Below, in pieces: positions 15,265-30,574 of a DNA stretch of 64,000 nt. The translations under genes were made by a program, and so were the position numbers. Source of the stretch: the human T2T-CHM13v2.0 reference genome, Homo sapiens; NCBI RefSeq assembly GCF_009914755.1, contig NC_060929.1, one strand, 5' to 3'. The stretch's first letter is position 1. Every line of letters starts with the position of its first letter. The notes beneath the pieces are model-generated. The model had not been told where the DNA came from. It searched no databases and was given only the letters and a program-made list of their open reading frames with translations.

Positions 15265-15602
15265 GTTGTTATTTCTCAGTTCTGGAGGCTGGGAAGTCCA
15301 AGATCAAGGTGCCGCCAAGGTGGGTTTCATTATGAGATCTTTTGTCTTGGCTTGCCAGCAGCTGCCATCTTGCCCTATGCTCACATCTCCTCTTTATGCG
15401 CACAGAGATGGGGGAGTGGAGAGTGAGTGTGAGCTCTGGAGTCTCTTTTTATAAGGTTATAATCTCGTCATGAAGGCCCCACTCTCATGACCTCATCTGA
15501 CCCTACTCATCTCCCAAAGGCTCCACCTCCCAATACTACCACATTAGGGGTTAGGTTTCAGCATAAGAATTTTAGACAGGTATAAACATTCAGTCCATGA
15601 CA
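15265..15602 (-). mobile_element. MLT1A/B-like LTR
   Basis: cagttctggaggctgggaagtccaagatcaaggtgcc...ctcatgacctcatct...aacattcagtccatgaca. Confidence 0.85.
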
Positions 15603-15904
15603 TGCTGTTATTGCCAATGACAAGGTCTGAGTCAAATGGGTTATGGAGTCAAGAACAGGGTTATTTGAGGCAAGAAGGTTGAGGAACTAAGAGGACAAGT
15701 ATTGGGAGAAGTGCCTTCATGGTATCGAAATCGCTCAGCGTCATGACAGGACTGGTTTTTGGAAAGAGAGACAGGGAGGCAGGTGCTAAAATCTTCAAAT
15801 ATGGCGGCGAGTGGATGCTGTGGTCTCTAGAGTCTCTAGGGGCCAGTGGATGGAATGATTAGGAGGCTGGACTTTAGTGCCAACTCCCTGAATTTGAATC
15901 TTTA

Positions 15905-16515
15905 AAAAAATTCAATTAATTAATTATTTTAAGGGGACAAAAATTTTATATATTCCTCCTGTACAACATGATGTTTTGAAATACATAGACATTGTGGAAT
16001 GGCTAAATTGAGCTAATTAACATATGCATTACCTCACATACTTACCATTTTTTTTGGTGGTGAGAACACTTAAAATCTACCCCCTTAGTGATTTTAAAGA
16101 ATACAATACATTAACTATCATCATGTTGTACAGTATATCTCTTGAACTTATTCCTCCTGTCTAATGAAAACTTTGTCCCCTTGACCACCCCTTGTCCACA
16201 GCTTCTGGTTACCACCATTCTACTCTCTTCTTCTGAGTTTAACTTTTTAAAATTCTGTATAAATGAGTTTATGCCATATTTAACTTTCTGCGTCTGGCTT
16301 ATTTCACTTGACATAATATCCTCTAGGTTCATCCATGTTGTCACAAAGGGCAGAGTTTCTTCGTTTGTAAGGTTGAAGAGTGTTCCATTGTGTATATGTA
16401 CCCCATTTTCTTTATCCTCTCATCCTCTGGTGCACACTTAGGTTGACCCCATGTCTTGACTATTGTGAACAGTGCTGCAGTGAACATGGGGGCACAGATA
16501 TCTCTCTGACATACC
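15905..16515 (-). mobile_element. L1MA/L1MB 3' end inserted in a MIR
   Basis: gtacaacatgatgttttgaaat...ggctaaattgagctaattaacatatgcattacctcacata...ggttcatccatgttgtcaca. Confidence 0.88.
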
Positions 16516-16710
16516 CTGAGCTTGACTCTTATCCTGTGATTTTCGGCAAGTGACTTAACCTCTGTGTAGCTCAGTTTCCTTATTTGTTAAGTGAGGATGA
16601 TAATCATACCTACCTCATGAGGTTTTGTGAGGTTTAGATGAATTAATGAATGCAAAGTGCTTGAAATGGAGCCTGGCTCGTCATGAGCATTCTAAAACAT
16701 TACTGTTATG
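16516..16710 (+). mobile_element. MIR (its 5' part lies near 15860-15900)
   Basis: ggcaagtgacttaacctctgtgtagctcagtttcct...gataatcatacctacctcatgaggttttgtgagg. Confidence 0.85.
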
Positions 16711-18074
16711 TTGGTAAGAGTGCACCATGGTTGGGGCAGGGGAGGGGCTGGGTGGTCTGGCCCAGTAGCATGAAGTTCAAGGTCCATGAGCCTTTCTAGG
16801 AAGGTGGGAGAGACAAAAGCCAGAAAGTGGCCAGGAGGACATCTCCTCCATCTCCAGGCCAGTGACACCAGGAGTTTGGGGGAGAGAATGGCCATCCTTA
16901 AGCAAGTAGCAGAGGAAGTGGAGTCCACTGGGCTTTGATTAAGGGCAAGAAGGTGAAGGGGAGATCTGAAGAAGAGGCTGAAGACAGAGAACTTTGCTAT
17001 ATATGGACAGTGAAAGCCACTGGCTCCGTGGAGAGGCTAGGAGACTGGGGATGGTAGTGGGCTTGAGTCACAGCAAGTTATGTACAGAGATCTTTTGGCA
17101 TGAAAGGCTAGGTGACGGGGATAGCTGGGAGTCATGGACTCTGGGTGGTGGCCACGGCATGATGGAATTTCTCTTGAAGATTCCTTAGACTGTGGTGTTG
17201 AGATGAGAAGTGCTGGTGTGTGTGTGTGGTGGTGGTGGCAGAGGGGCTGTCTGGCAAAGAGCATGCGGAGCTCGGTGGATGTCTGCAGCTGCGCAAAAGT
17301 TGAGCATGTCCCAGGAGCTGGAGTTAAAGGTCGTTGCAGATGGACAAGGACATAGGAGGGATAAGAACTGTGACTGGTGGGCTAATGGGGGTCAGATTGT
17401 GAGAGGTCTCATCCAATTTTTAAAGTGCAGGCCTTTAGCCAGAGAGTCAGATCTGTGCTTTAGGAGGATCACCCAGGATGAGGGTAGATGGTGGGTGTTC
17501 AACGGAGAGAAATCTGAGTCAAAGAGACCTGTTAGGGGGCAGCTACAATAGACTAGGCAGCCGATAATAAAAGCCAGCAATCAGTAGGTAGAGGTGACAG
17601 GAGAATGGAGGGTGGGGGGAGCAGACTGGAAAAAAAATTCAGAAGTAGAATCTATTCCCTGGAGATATTTGAAATCCCTGAGCAAACAGGACCCAGTAGG
17701 GTAATCAGAACTCAAAGATGCTGGTAGGAGACAGAAAAGTGGGCAAAGAATGTGGAAACCTGGCTGTAGATGCAGCTTAGTCACCAAGTCAGTAAGTTGC
17801 TGCCTTTAGTGACTCTCCTGAGCTTTCAAGTGCCTCGGTTTCCCTAACTATTCCATTAGCACAAGAAGGACATATCTAGCTTTCCCTGGCACTTCAGCAA
17901 GGGGAAGTAAGTGGATGGGATAGTGTAAGGCATTTGAGCATTTCAGTGAAAGATACTTTTTATTTGCATAATCGGGGTCATCTCAAGGCACTTGCATGTC
18001 CTTTACCTCATTTAATGCTCGTGCATCTGTCAGTCAATTGAGGCAGATGATGATGATGACAACAAAGATGATGA

Positions 18075-18325
18075 TGAAGGTAGCTGGCATTTACAGTGTG
18101 CTTGTTAAGTACAAGTCACCCATACTAAGCTTCTTCCAACAGTCTTACTCAATTCTCACAGGAGTTCTTTGAGGTTCACAGCATTATGAGCTCCATTTTA
18201 AAGATGAGAAAACTGAAGCTTGGAAATATTGAGCAAATTTCCTGAAGGTGTACACTTACTAAGGGCCTGGAACAGGGTTTTTAACTCAGGCAGTTAATTG
18301 ACACCACGATCGATTAACCATTTCT
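18075..18325 (-). mobile_element. MIR
   Basis: ccattttaaagatgagaaaactgaagctt...ttaactcaggcag. Confidence 0.7.
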
Positions 18326-18369
18326 GCCATGTATGAAGGATGGGGAATGTTATCATTCTTGCATTGGAT

Positions 18370-18568
18370 GAGGGGTGGGCAGGCCACATCCAGCCCACTG
18401 ATTGTTTTGTAATACGGTTTTCTTGGAATCCAGCCACACCCAATTTATTTACGTGTCATCTATTACAGCTTTCCTGTTACAATGGCTGAGTTGAGTAGTC
18501 ACGACAGCATTGCATGACCTGCAAAGCATAAAATCCTTACCAACCGCCCCTTTGCAGAACCCTGAGCT
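18370..18568. mobile_element. MER58A-like hAT-Charlie MITE
   Basis: ggccacatccagcccac...cagccacacccaatttatttacgtg...acaatggctgagttgagtagtcacgacag...gcaaagcataaaat. Confidence 0.75.
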
Positions 18569-19644
18569 AGACTATTCTATTTTTTGTCTGTTTCTTCTTT
18601 CTTCTCCTACCTGTTTTTTCTCTTTCTCCCAGCCATCGGATAATATATAAAATATGAAAGTAAAGGGGGATTCTTCCTAATGCAGCATTCTGTGTTCTTG
18701 GGTATTTTACCAGTGCCAAGTTGAGAAAGACAGAGCCGTTGATGTATCATCAGTGAGCCTTTTGATGAGGCCCACTGCTAAAGTCATCAAGAGGACAGAA
18801 AGTGACACCAAATTCCCATAAAGTATTTATGATCCACCCACCCTGTTCCAGACACTAGTCTAAAAATTGCTGGGGAATATTTAGAATTAACGGGGAATTT
18901 TCTCCATTTGCAAAGTGAAGGGATTGAAATGAGAGGAGCTGGATTCAGGTCCCACCCATCTGAAACACATTCTAAGCCATCCTTTTGAGAAAGCCCTGTC
19001 CTCCAAGCAGAGGTCATGTGTACACAAGCGGCCCATATGACCCAATGTGCCAGTGAGGGACTCCTTTCTAGAGATCAGCTTTGTAAAGTGGGCTCATACG
19101 ACAAACATGCAGATACTTGGTCTTAGGAAATGTATTTTGACTCTTTCAGTCTCAGCAAGGGGATAGAAGGAGCCCTGCATTCTCTCCTGACACGCTTGAC
19201 AAAAACAAACCCAACTAGAGGTCGCCAGCAACGGAGGGGCATCCTGTGTAAGGACTTGGAAGAGGAGTTGTATTGTCACCCCCTGGCCACTAGAGGACTT
19301 CATCCTATTTCAGTGGAGGAAGGCCTGTTAGGGGCCTCTCTATACTGGTGGAGGTTTGGTCGTCTTCCCTTCACTTGATTTCTGCCAGTGGCCTTATGTG
19401 AGGATGCTTCATGAGATGTCAAGTATCCGAGGAGTCTGTGACACAACCATCCAGTGGTGAATTGCTAAGGAGCTCCTCTCCAGCCTGCTTGACTCTGAGG
19501 TTAAAAGAGTCTTCATGTTGAGCACAAGTCATCTCTTTGCACTTTCACCAGTTGTGTCCATCTGAAAAACACAGAGGTCTGTCTCACTTCTGCATCACAG
19601 TCCCTTCCAAGAAGCTCCACAATGGGTAAGGCACAATAAAATGG

Positions 19645-19910
19645 CTTATATTCAACAAACACATAACACTCTTCCTGTACTAGACACCATGCCAAGGGCT
19701 TTACAATTGCTAACTTACTTGATCCTCAGAGTCACCTTATGAGACAGGTGGATGGGATATTGCCCCTTTTACAGATGGGTAAACTGAGGTACAGAATAGT
19801 TACAGATCTTGCTGAGAGCTATGCACCTATTAAGTGGTTGGGCTGGGATTTGAACTCAGGCAATCAAGCTCCAGAGTGCACGCTGTTAACTAGCATGCTC
19901 TGCTATGCTG
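19645..19910 (-). mobile_element. MIR
   Basis: ttttacagatgggtaaactgaggtacaga...gctgggatttgaactcaggcaatcaagctccagag. Confidence 0.85.
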
Positions 19911-21189
19911 CCTCCCAGGAGATGGGCCAGATAAACAATGACATATTTTAAAAAACATCCTAACCTATTTTTTTCATTATATGCACATAACAGAAAATTT
20001 GGAAAATCAAAAAAAAAAAAAATTACCCACGTCTCACCACACCACCACAATCATAGCAAACATTCTAGTGTTTTTGTTTTAATTTTTAATGTGCATATGT
20101 GTTTTTTCATATCTTTGTGCAAGCAATTTGTATCCTACTTTGCACTTAACATGTAATATCCTAATGTTATCACACAATTTTCATAACCACTCTTTTAAAT
20201 ATTGCAAGAATGTGTGTATGTGGTGACATAATAAAAGTTCTAGGGAAACAGTTAAACAAGAATGGCCAAAGGAGGAAGAGAGCAGTACAAATTGTCAAGG
20301 CAAGGACGCAAAAAACAAAAAGGATGTCCGTGGAAACTCTGGACTTGCGCAATTACAGGAAAGGCCACTACGCTGACACATCATGTCAATGGCACTGAGC
20401 TAGGAGGTGGCAGTTAGGAATCCCGTGCCTCATGGCATCTGGGGACTAAAAATAGCTCTGTAAGGTGACAACATGTGGCAAAGACCTAGTGGGGAGAAAA
20501 GGGGCTTGTGTTGTGTTGTGCTGTAGTATACTGCACTAGAGCAAATTCAGAGGAGCTGCAATGAGAAGGCCTGCATCCCAATTCCAGCTTTATTCATTGT
20601 GTGACCTTGGATAGTTCACTTATATGGGTATCAGTTTCCTTCACCTAGCATGGGAACAATAAGAGTTCTCATGAAGAACTGTGGAAAAATATGAAATATA
20701 TGGTGTGTCAGGGATGTTTTTGGTTGCAAGTAACTGAAAACTTGATTTAGAGTGGATGAAGCAATAAAGACTTTTAATGAGCTCACATCACAAGAAGTTC
20801 GAGGGTGAGGAGACTAAGGCTAGCGAAAAAGCTCAGCAATGTCATCAAGAAAACCCAGACTTGTTTCTCTTTGCAATTCACCATCCTTCGGGTGTTGGTT
20901 GTATTTCTTTCTTTCAAGTACTATTATTTCAATGACTAGATCTATGCTGAAGTGATATCGACCCTTCCTTATAAAAGCCCAGCTTCAGAGAGAAATTCTC
21001 ATTCTGTCAAACTAGTAGAAAGCTCCCTATCTCCCCAAGAGACTTCTTGAAAGGGCGAGGAAGCTTCTCTGTGAAGGTATTACCCAGCACATGCTCAAAA
21101 CTGCTTCCAACACCATCCACTGCTTTCTCACCATGCCCTGGGGAACATACACGGTGGCTTCTATAGCCCTGTCAAGGGCCTTCTCTGCA

Positions 21190-21390
21190 GAAAATGCACC
21201 TTCATACCAGCTGTCAAATTAGTATTTATCATGTTGTGTGATTATTTGATTAATGCCGCTCTAATCCTCTAGCCTATAAGCCCTGTGAGGTCGGAAAACT
21301 CATCTGTTTTGTCCATTATTGTAACCCCAGAGCCTAGCACGGTTCTTGGCTTGTGGTAGCTGTTGAGTATATATTCACTGAATGGGTGAA
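21190..21390 (+). mobile_element. L2 3' end
   Basis: ctagcctataagccctgtgagg...ccccagagcctagcacggttcttggcttgtggtag...tgaatgggtgaat. Confidence 0.7.
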
Positions 21391-21914
21391 TCAGAGTCTT
21401 CCATAGCCTGAGAACCTGTGAGTATTTTTGCATGCCTATGTGACTATCACAGAATCTGTTTGCCGAGTCACAGTGACCTGTTATCACAAGCCCTTTACCT
21501 GATCAATAAAAAACATTTATTTTGGAAGGCACTCCTTGATCTCACATTCCATAGCAGATGCTGTTGGTGCTTTTTCTATATCCACCCTGGGCTACCTGAG
21601 TTCACTTGAGGTAGTGGGCAACAGTTTTCAATTCACTGACAGAGTCCCATCTCCAGCTGCTTAAGGGCTTTCTCTGGGGGTGTTAACGCTTCCAGGGGAA
21701 AACCTCAACTAGTTGGGGATGAGAGTAGATGGATAATTGCCCAGTCCCCCATCCTCTAATGGGCCTAGGCTGAGCCATGTTCCACGTGGATTCTGAAGAA
21801 CCCCCAGCAGGACGGAGCTCCAAGCTGTAATCTATCCCTTGCTGGCTCTTCTCCCTTCCTTGTCTCACTCTCCCCTTTTGTTTCTCCTGGAATAAACTCT
21901 TTATGATGTAGATA

Positions 21915-22417
21915 TCTGACTTCTATGATATTTAGATGAGACTTGGGACTTTAGAGTTGATGCTAGAACCAGTGAAGTCTGTTGGGGCTGTTGGGATTGA
22001 ATGAATTTTGAATGTGAGAAGGACACACATTTTGAAGGGCCCGGCATGGAAGGTTATGGACTGAGTGTTTATGTTCCCCCCATCTCATATGTGAAAACGC
22101 TAACCCTCCCCGTCATGCGACGGTATTTGGAAGGGAGGTCTTTGGGAGGTAATTAGGGTTATGTGAGGTCATGCGGGTAAGGGTCTCCATAATGGGATTA
22201 GTGCCCTTCTGAAAAGAGGAAGAAATACCAGAGTGCCTGCACACTGTCTCTGACAGATGAGGACATAGCAAGAAGGTGGCTATTTGCAAGCCAGGAAAGG
22301 AATCTTCCAGCACCTTGATCTTGGATTTTTCTAGCCTCCAGACTGTGAGAGATAAATTCCTCTTGTTTAAGTCGCCCAGCCTATGGCAGTTTGTTATAGA
22401 AATCTGAGCTAAGACAC
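21915..22417 (+). mobile_element. MLT1A-like LTR with adjoining MaLR internal 3' end
   Basis: gatgagacttgggactttagagttgatgct...gaatgtgagaaggac (internal), then ttatggactgagtg...tttgggaggtaattagg...gagctaagaca. Confidence 0.8.
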
Positions 22418-22429
22418 TGTATCTAAGTC

Positions 22430-23605
22430 CTTGTCTGAAAATCCTTGGACATTCCTCCCACTGGAGGTGGGATGTATGTCCTCTCCCCTTGAATCTGTGC
22501 TGGGACTCACTTATAACCAATAGGATGCAACAGAGATGATGTCGTGGGTGGTGTCAGAACTCTTTGACATTTGCTGCAAAATGTGAAGCCTAATGCCGTT
22601 TCCCTTGCGTGTGACCTTGGTGACTCATTTCTAACAAATAGAATTAAGTGAAAATGATGGGGTATGACTTCAGAGACTAGATTATAAAAGGCACTGAAGC
22701 TTCCTGCTCTCTCTCTCTATCTCTATCTCTCTCTCTCTATCTCTGTCTCACTCGGTTCTTGGGGAAACTGGCTGCCATGCTTTTAGGATACTCAGGCAAC
22801 ACATGGAAGGGCCCATACAGTGAAGAACTAAGGCCTTTTGTCAACAACCCTGAGGAACAGAAGCTTCCTGCCAATAGCCATGTGACCGAGTATCTTGGAA
22901 TTAGATCTTCCAGCACCAGCCAAACCTTCAGATAATTGTAGCCCTTGCTGATATATTGACTGCAATCTCACAAGAGGCCTTGAGTCAGAGGCAGCCTGCA
23001 GAGGCACTTCTGAATTCCTGGCCCATAGACACTGTACAGTCCTAAAGGTTTGTTGTTTTAAGCTGTTAAGCTTTGAGAGAATTTGTTATGCAGTGATAGA
23101 TAACTAATACACTCTGCTCTTTCTGAAGCTAGGTCAGGAAAAGCATTGAGTTTCTGCCTGGTTCCCTCCCCTTGGATCTGAGCCTTGAATGTAACTGGCT
23201 TGCAATCAGTCCAGCAATAGTGATGCCTTAATTTTTGAGGTTGGATCAGAAAAGGCCGTGCGGCTTCTGCCAAGTATTCAGGGACACTCCCTCTGGGAGA
23301 AGTCAGCCACCGTTTAAGACATTAGATGCCCTGAGATTGCCACGTGTAGGTGCTCTGGCATCTCTGCTGAGAACTCAGCAGATAACCAGTGACCATCAGT
23401 CATGTGAGAGGATCATCTGGGACGTGCAGCCCAGCCAAGCCTGCAGATGACTCCAGGCTCAGCCAACATCTCACTGCAACAAATAAGAGACCCCCGGCAA
23501 GAACCACTCAGCTAATCCCTTCTTGAATTCCTGATCTATGAAATCATGAGCAAAATAACATAGTCATCCTAAGACACTGTGTCACACAGAGATAGCAACT
23601 GGAGT
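22430..23605 (+). mobile_element. Nested MLT1F/G/H-like LTR cluster
   Basis: ccccttgaatctg...accaataggatgcaacaga; gtgactcatttctaacaaataga...gataactaataca (~22545-23110); further MLT1 motifs to ~23605. Confidence 0.7.
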
Positions 23606-24123
23606 AGTCAGCCTTTGAAGAAAACCAAACTAACGTGACTCATACGCAGTCACGGACTAGGTCCTTTTCTTTGCTTATGAAAATATTAAGCTTCGTGAAA
23701 GGTGCTCCCAAGGCCTTTGCCATGCACGCTATTTAGAAGGCAAACCCCAAGTAGAAAGTTTTAAGTATGTACCCCTCCACACGCAATATAAAACAAAATA
23801 GAAATTAAAAGAAAATAAAAATATCTAGAAGTGTGCAAGACCAGTGATGGTCAGGTTCCCTTTCTTGGACATACACACTCCCGCTTGGAGGCCTTAATGG
23901 AGGGTGTGCCTCTTGTTTCAGATATAGAAACAGGTCACTTTGACCTACAATATACAACCCCAATGTTTTCACTTGGTGCTTGATTTGTGGCAGGATTTAA
24001 ATTTCCACCCACTTTTTGGACTAAAAGTTGTTTTTGTAATTGAAATGTATGCTTATCATAAAAGTATAAATACTATAGAGGAATATATGAAGTAAAAGAT
24101 GAATCCCTTTTGTCTCCCAGCAA

Positions 24124-24545
24124 TGCCATGGGTTGAATTGTGTCCCCTACTCAAGTTCATATGTTGACGTCCTAACCCCCCTGAACCTCAGAATGTGACC
24201 TTATTTGGAGATAGGGTCTTTACAGAGGTCATCAAGTTAAAATAAGGTCATTAAGATGAGCCCTAATCCTGTATGACTGATATTCTTATCGAAACGGGAA
24301 ATTTGGACACAGAGACTTACATAGAGGGAAGACAGTGTAAAGAGACATAGGAAGAAGATGGCCATGTACAAGCCAAAGAGAGCGGAGTGGAACAGATTCC
24401 CCCCTCAGGGTTCCCGGAAGGAGCCACCCCTGCCAACACATTGATCTCAGACTTCAAGTTTTCAGAGCTGCTAGAAAATATGTTTCAGCTGTTTAAGCCA
24501 TTCAATGTGTGGTACTTTATTATGGCAGCCCTAACAAACTAACAT
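24124..24545 (+). mobile_element. MLT1B-like solo LTR
   Basis: tgccatgggttgaattgtgtcccc...cctcagaatgtgaccttatttggagataggg...tatggcagccctaacaaactaac. Confidence 0.9.
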
Positions 24546-25639
24546 AAGTAATTTCTTGTGTCCCTCCAAAAAAAGAGTCTGACTATACCCATATTTGTGT
24601 ATATGATTTTCTTCCTTACATAAATGAATCATTTACTAATACTTTTCTACACCAGGAATTCTTCACTTTCTAATTTATTGTGCTAATCTTTTCACAGTAG
24701 CCTGTGCAGGTGTATTTAATTCCTCTTAACAGCTGCATAGTATTCTGCAGTTGGGAGAAACTACACTTGATTTGCCCACTGTCCTTTTAATGGACAAGTT
24801 GCGTGCTTTCCATAATCCCCTGAGTTCATCAAATGCCTGAGCCTTAAGTACAGCAGGGTTGGTGAAGGATCTACACACAGCAAATGTTCAAGACCCACAG
24901 ACAGAGAGGAGTGAAGCACAAAATAAATGTCTATTTTATATGCTACTTTGTGAACACTTCCTGTGACTCATCTGTTAGAGCTCAGCTGAGAGCCCCTCTT
25001 GTGGGTTCTCAGGGCACCTGCTTCCCTCCTTCCTTGCCCTTAGCACAGTTGCGGTTTTCCACTGGTTGGTGTCACTTTCCGAATCATGTCTGTCTCCTTC
25101 CCCAGACCCTCTGGCATTGCTCTTGGCTGTGACTCTGGCACTTGGCACATCGTGCTCAATCAGAGTAGGTTCTCAACAACTGTTTATCAATGGAGGGAAT
25201 CTTTGTAAGCTGTAAAATATCAGAGAAATGCATGACGGAATCGATGCAAAGAGGAAGCAACTCCCCAGGAATGTGGGAGCAGCATCATTTCAGATCATGT
25301 GAACTTCCTTGAGGTCAAAGGTTTTATGAGACCCTTCCCTACCTCTGTCATTTGTCACTTTGCCTTCTGCTACTGTGGACCTTTCAGAATTTGCAGCAGC
25401 CGATCCTCTCTCTTCCTGTGCTGGATTGACTCAATGTACCATTGAGGGAATGAGTTCAGTGTACATTTTAGAAACCAGGCCATCAGTTACAGTAAGTAAC
25501 AGCCAGAGTTGTTTAAGGTGAGCATAGACATTGGGGAAAGTGGGGTTAAGAACCATCATGGCCAGGGCAAACACTGGGAATCAAGAAACCAATTCACTAG
25601 GCATGGGACTTGGGCAACTTATTTCATAAGAATAAGAAG

Positions 25640-25880
25640 GCAACAACCGTAAGAGCTGCTGGAATTTACCAAGCCCTTGTCCTGTGGCAGGCACTGCATT
25701 TGGCACACAGCTTAACTCTCGCAGCAACCTTGTAAGAGAGACACTGTTCCTATCCACTGCGCTGTGAAAAGAAGCCAAGTGTAGAGGGGCTGAGAGACAG
25801 CTCCATGGTCCTGCAACTCGTGAGTGGCAGAGCCAGGTTTTCAAGCGAGATTTGCCCAGTTCATATTTCTTAACCACTGC
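25640..25880 (-). mobile_element. MIR
   Basis: gctggaatttaccaagccc...ggcaggcactg...gagtggcagagccaggttttcaa. Confidence 0.6.
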
Positions 25881-26139
25881 ATGATCCCTCTGGGACCTCT
25901 GTTTCCTTTTTGGAAAAGGGGAGGATGGGGCTAATCACTTAGGATCTTTGGGCCCCTGTAACTTAGCCTTAGAATATCTCTCTTAAAAGAACTTTGGCCT
26001 TTTGTAGTAAGTTGTTTAGACACCAAGGATCATTTATCTTCGAAGTGAAGGAAGCCCATCTCTTAACTATTAAAAGACCAAACTTGGTACAACATGAGAA
26101 AGTTATAGTAGTGACTGTTACAATAAGAGTAACAGTAAA

Positions 26140-27215
<1,076 letters not shown>

Positions 27216-28044
27216 AAAGGAACAACAGTGAAGGCTGTGACTTCATTAGAATCAGCATTGCCAGTCTGGAGAGCCAGGATGCACCCCTGGCGTGTCAGCA
27301 GCATCTCTGTGGGGGAAGCTCAGTCCAGTCTTGGTGGCTCTCTGAGGGAGCCCTGGGTTGGGACTGTGTCTCAATCGGCCATGACAGCTGAGCAGGGGAG
27401 CACTGCCTTCGTGCCTGACGTGAGCCCTGCGACATCTGCCCTGGACATATCATTTCAGGAGCATGAGGACTCCAAGTGGGGATCCCTGACAGCTGGGGAT
27501 GGGGTGGCCGGAAGAAGAGGCTGCTTTTCAGATGGCCCTCAGACAGCAGCCGATGGCATTTGGCCAGATGCGTGCATTTGTGCTATTGCTTTGGAACACG
27601 TTGGAGGGAAGAGGGCCCTCTGTGACAAGATAATTTTTTTGGGAAGGGGGATGAGCTGATTTGTTTTTAACTTTGTAAAGTTCAGAAATACCCAATTTAA
27701 CTTTGTCATATCTCTGAATCCTGAGAGAGGCAGAGAAATGAGGGAGTGACATGCTCATTTTTTCCCAAGAAAAATGAAAGGTTAACCACTTGCTGAGACT
27801 ATAATAAGAGCGTGGGTAATAAATACATGCTATGCAATATTCCTGACCAACAATGATGGGCTTTGCTACTCTAAAATGTTTGGAATCACTGGCCTAACAA
27901 AATGGCAGAGGCCAGCAACAGAAATGCCAGTGGAGGAGCATGAAAATTCTATGCCTTTTCTTCACATTAAATTTAAACCTCAACAATGGAAGGATGGAAA
28001 GGGGCAACTGCACAGTGTGGCTAACAAGGAAGCATCTCCATCAA

Positions 28045-28760
<716 letters not shown>

Positions 28761-30574
28761 TCACACCATGGGGCCTGTGAAGGAAGGCAGAAGCCAGGTC
28801 CCCTGGAGGATTCTGATTGCTTTCTTTCCTTGGTCTGTTATCTTTGCAAAGTGTTGTGGGGTTGTTGATGGAGTGACCACTCTTCTCCTGTCCTGCAGAT
28901 ACCTCTTGGTTTGAGGCATTGAGATGCTCTGTGGTCAGAATGTTATTGATGGTGTTCTTGGGCAGTGGTTTTCCATTTTGTTTTTTTATTGTATACAAAT
29001 AGCTACAAACATTTATTTTCTTGTTCATGGGTCCAGGTTTGATTGTGTCTTGGTTGGGACTGGCCAACCAAGAGCTCCAGAGCTCTTTGGAGCAGGTGCA
29101 TACTTGGGACATGCATTTCTCATAGCAGATCATAGGAGTTAAAGGGGCAAACCAAACTGTGAACTCTTCTACCCTTGAAGAGCCCTGGCCCACATTGCAT
29201 TTGCTAATATTCTTTTGGCCCAACAAAACACATAGCCAAACCCATTGCCAGTTTGCATCTGGGGTGGTTATTCTGTGTCTCCTGCTCTGCAAGGCCACAT
29301 GGAAGAGAGAAGAGAGAAGAAATGGGAGTCTAATCTATCCCGTGTTGCCTTCGTGAGAGCTCATTAGTGTCTGGCTCCCTGCACAGAATTAGCTTCATGA
29401 CCCATTTAGCCTTTTCTGTCTCTGATGGTAATGATAAGGGAGATATCTTTGCAACAGCTTGAGTTTCCTCCTTGAGGTCAAAATCAAGGTTGAGCTATGC
29501 ACCCCAAGCCCTTCAGGAATTGCTCCACTCAGTGTGTAAGGGGATGGTCTCCACTCTTACTGTCTGGACTCCCCTGCTGGAGAGGCAGGTGGTCAGGGAA
29601 GGACTGGGCTGAGTGCATGGTTCAGAGAGGCCTGATCAAGGGCTGCTGAGCATGGGGCCAAGGGTGAGCTGGGAGAGCAAAGCTGACAGCCAGGCAGCCA
29701 GTCTGGGTAAGTCCAAGGGCTAGGCAGAAAGAGATGAAGTCAGGGCAACTGGCTAGATCCCATAGGACCAGGCCAAGGCAAGAGGGTGCTGGACAGATTG
29801 GAGGGTAGAGGCTCAAGAAAGCCCCCAAGTACCAGGAATTTGTAGCCTAGGGGAGAGAAGGAAGTTGTTAAGATCTGGGACAGGACCCCCCTTCTTCACT
29901 GGCTTTCACCCTAAGAAGGAAACTGTAGCTGGCCATTCAGTCTTCCCTCTCATCCCTATCTTGGCAAACTTCTTAAAACCACTTAAAAATATTAATATTG
30001 GTAATTGTTTCCATGACTTCTCACTGCAGGCTGAAGAGCTTATATTACATAGAAACACTTGCAAACAATGATAGTGTAGTAGTTATTTTTCTTTTTTGGC
30101 TCCTGAGGACATCATGTATTTTACAAGATGTATGGTTAATATTGAAATCATCTTTCCAGCAGCTCTGATATTGTTTCTTACAATTAACTTTAGTACTGCA
30201 CAAATTGCTTTGGTACATTTGAGTACAAAAGTATCAACTGAAGCCCAAAGTATCAACTGAAGTGGGCAGAAAAAAGGCACACAGTTACCGCAAATGGGAA
30301 TTTCTGTTGTGTAAGAGCTGTTTTGCTTAGTTGTATTACATATTCAGACTCTGGGGGTGGGCGATGGCTGAGCAGGTGGTGGTGGGGCCTCTGGAAAGGC
30401 AGAGAACAAGTGTCTCCTGTAGAGAGTGTGGGGCCTTCTGCACAAATGGGTGTCTGCTGGTGACAATAGTCATGTTTCCCAATCTGGTGTGAGTGAAGGA
30501 GAAGCAGACAGCCTGTACTTCCCTGTGCAATTGGAGGTTGGTATCGGTATGAGATGGAAGAGAACACGTTTATT

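Larger units (their letters stand above)
12440..17340 (-). mobile_element. Long fragmented L2 LINE with nested insertions
   Basis: L2 antisense 3' end (agcactgttctagg...cagtgagcaaaacaaagtcc), then ggaccttggattttactctga, ggtatgaaggaaaggagtcaagga and gaagaaagta|tttcaagagg, continuing as purine-rich L2 ORF2-like sequence to ~17.3 kb. Confidence 0.7.

Noticed and set aside
20262-20417. 51 aa basic ORF (MAKGGREQYKLSRQGRKKQKG...) in a good Kozak context; possible processed pseudogene
   Set aside because: No recognisable parent protein, poly-A tail or TSD.
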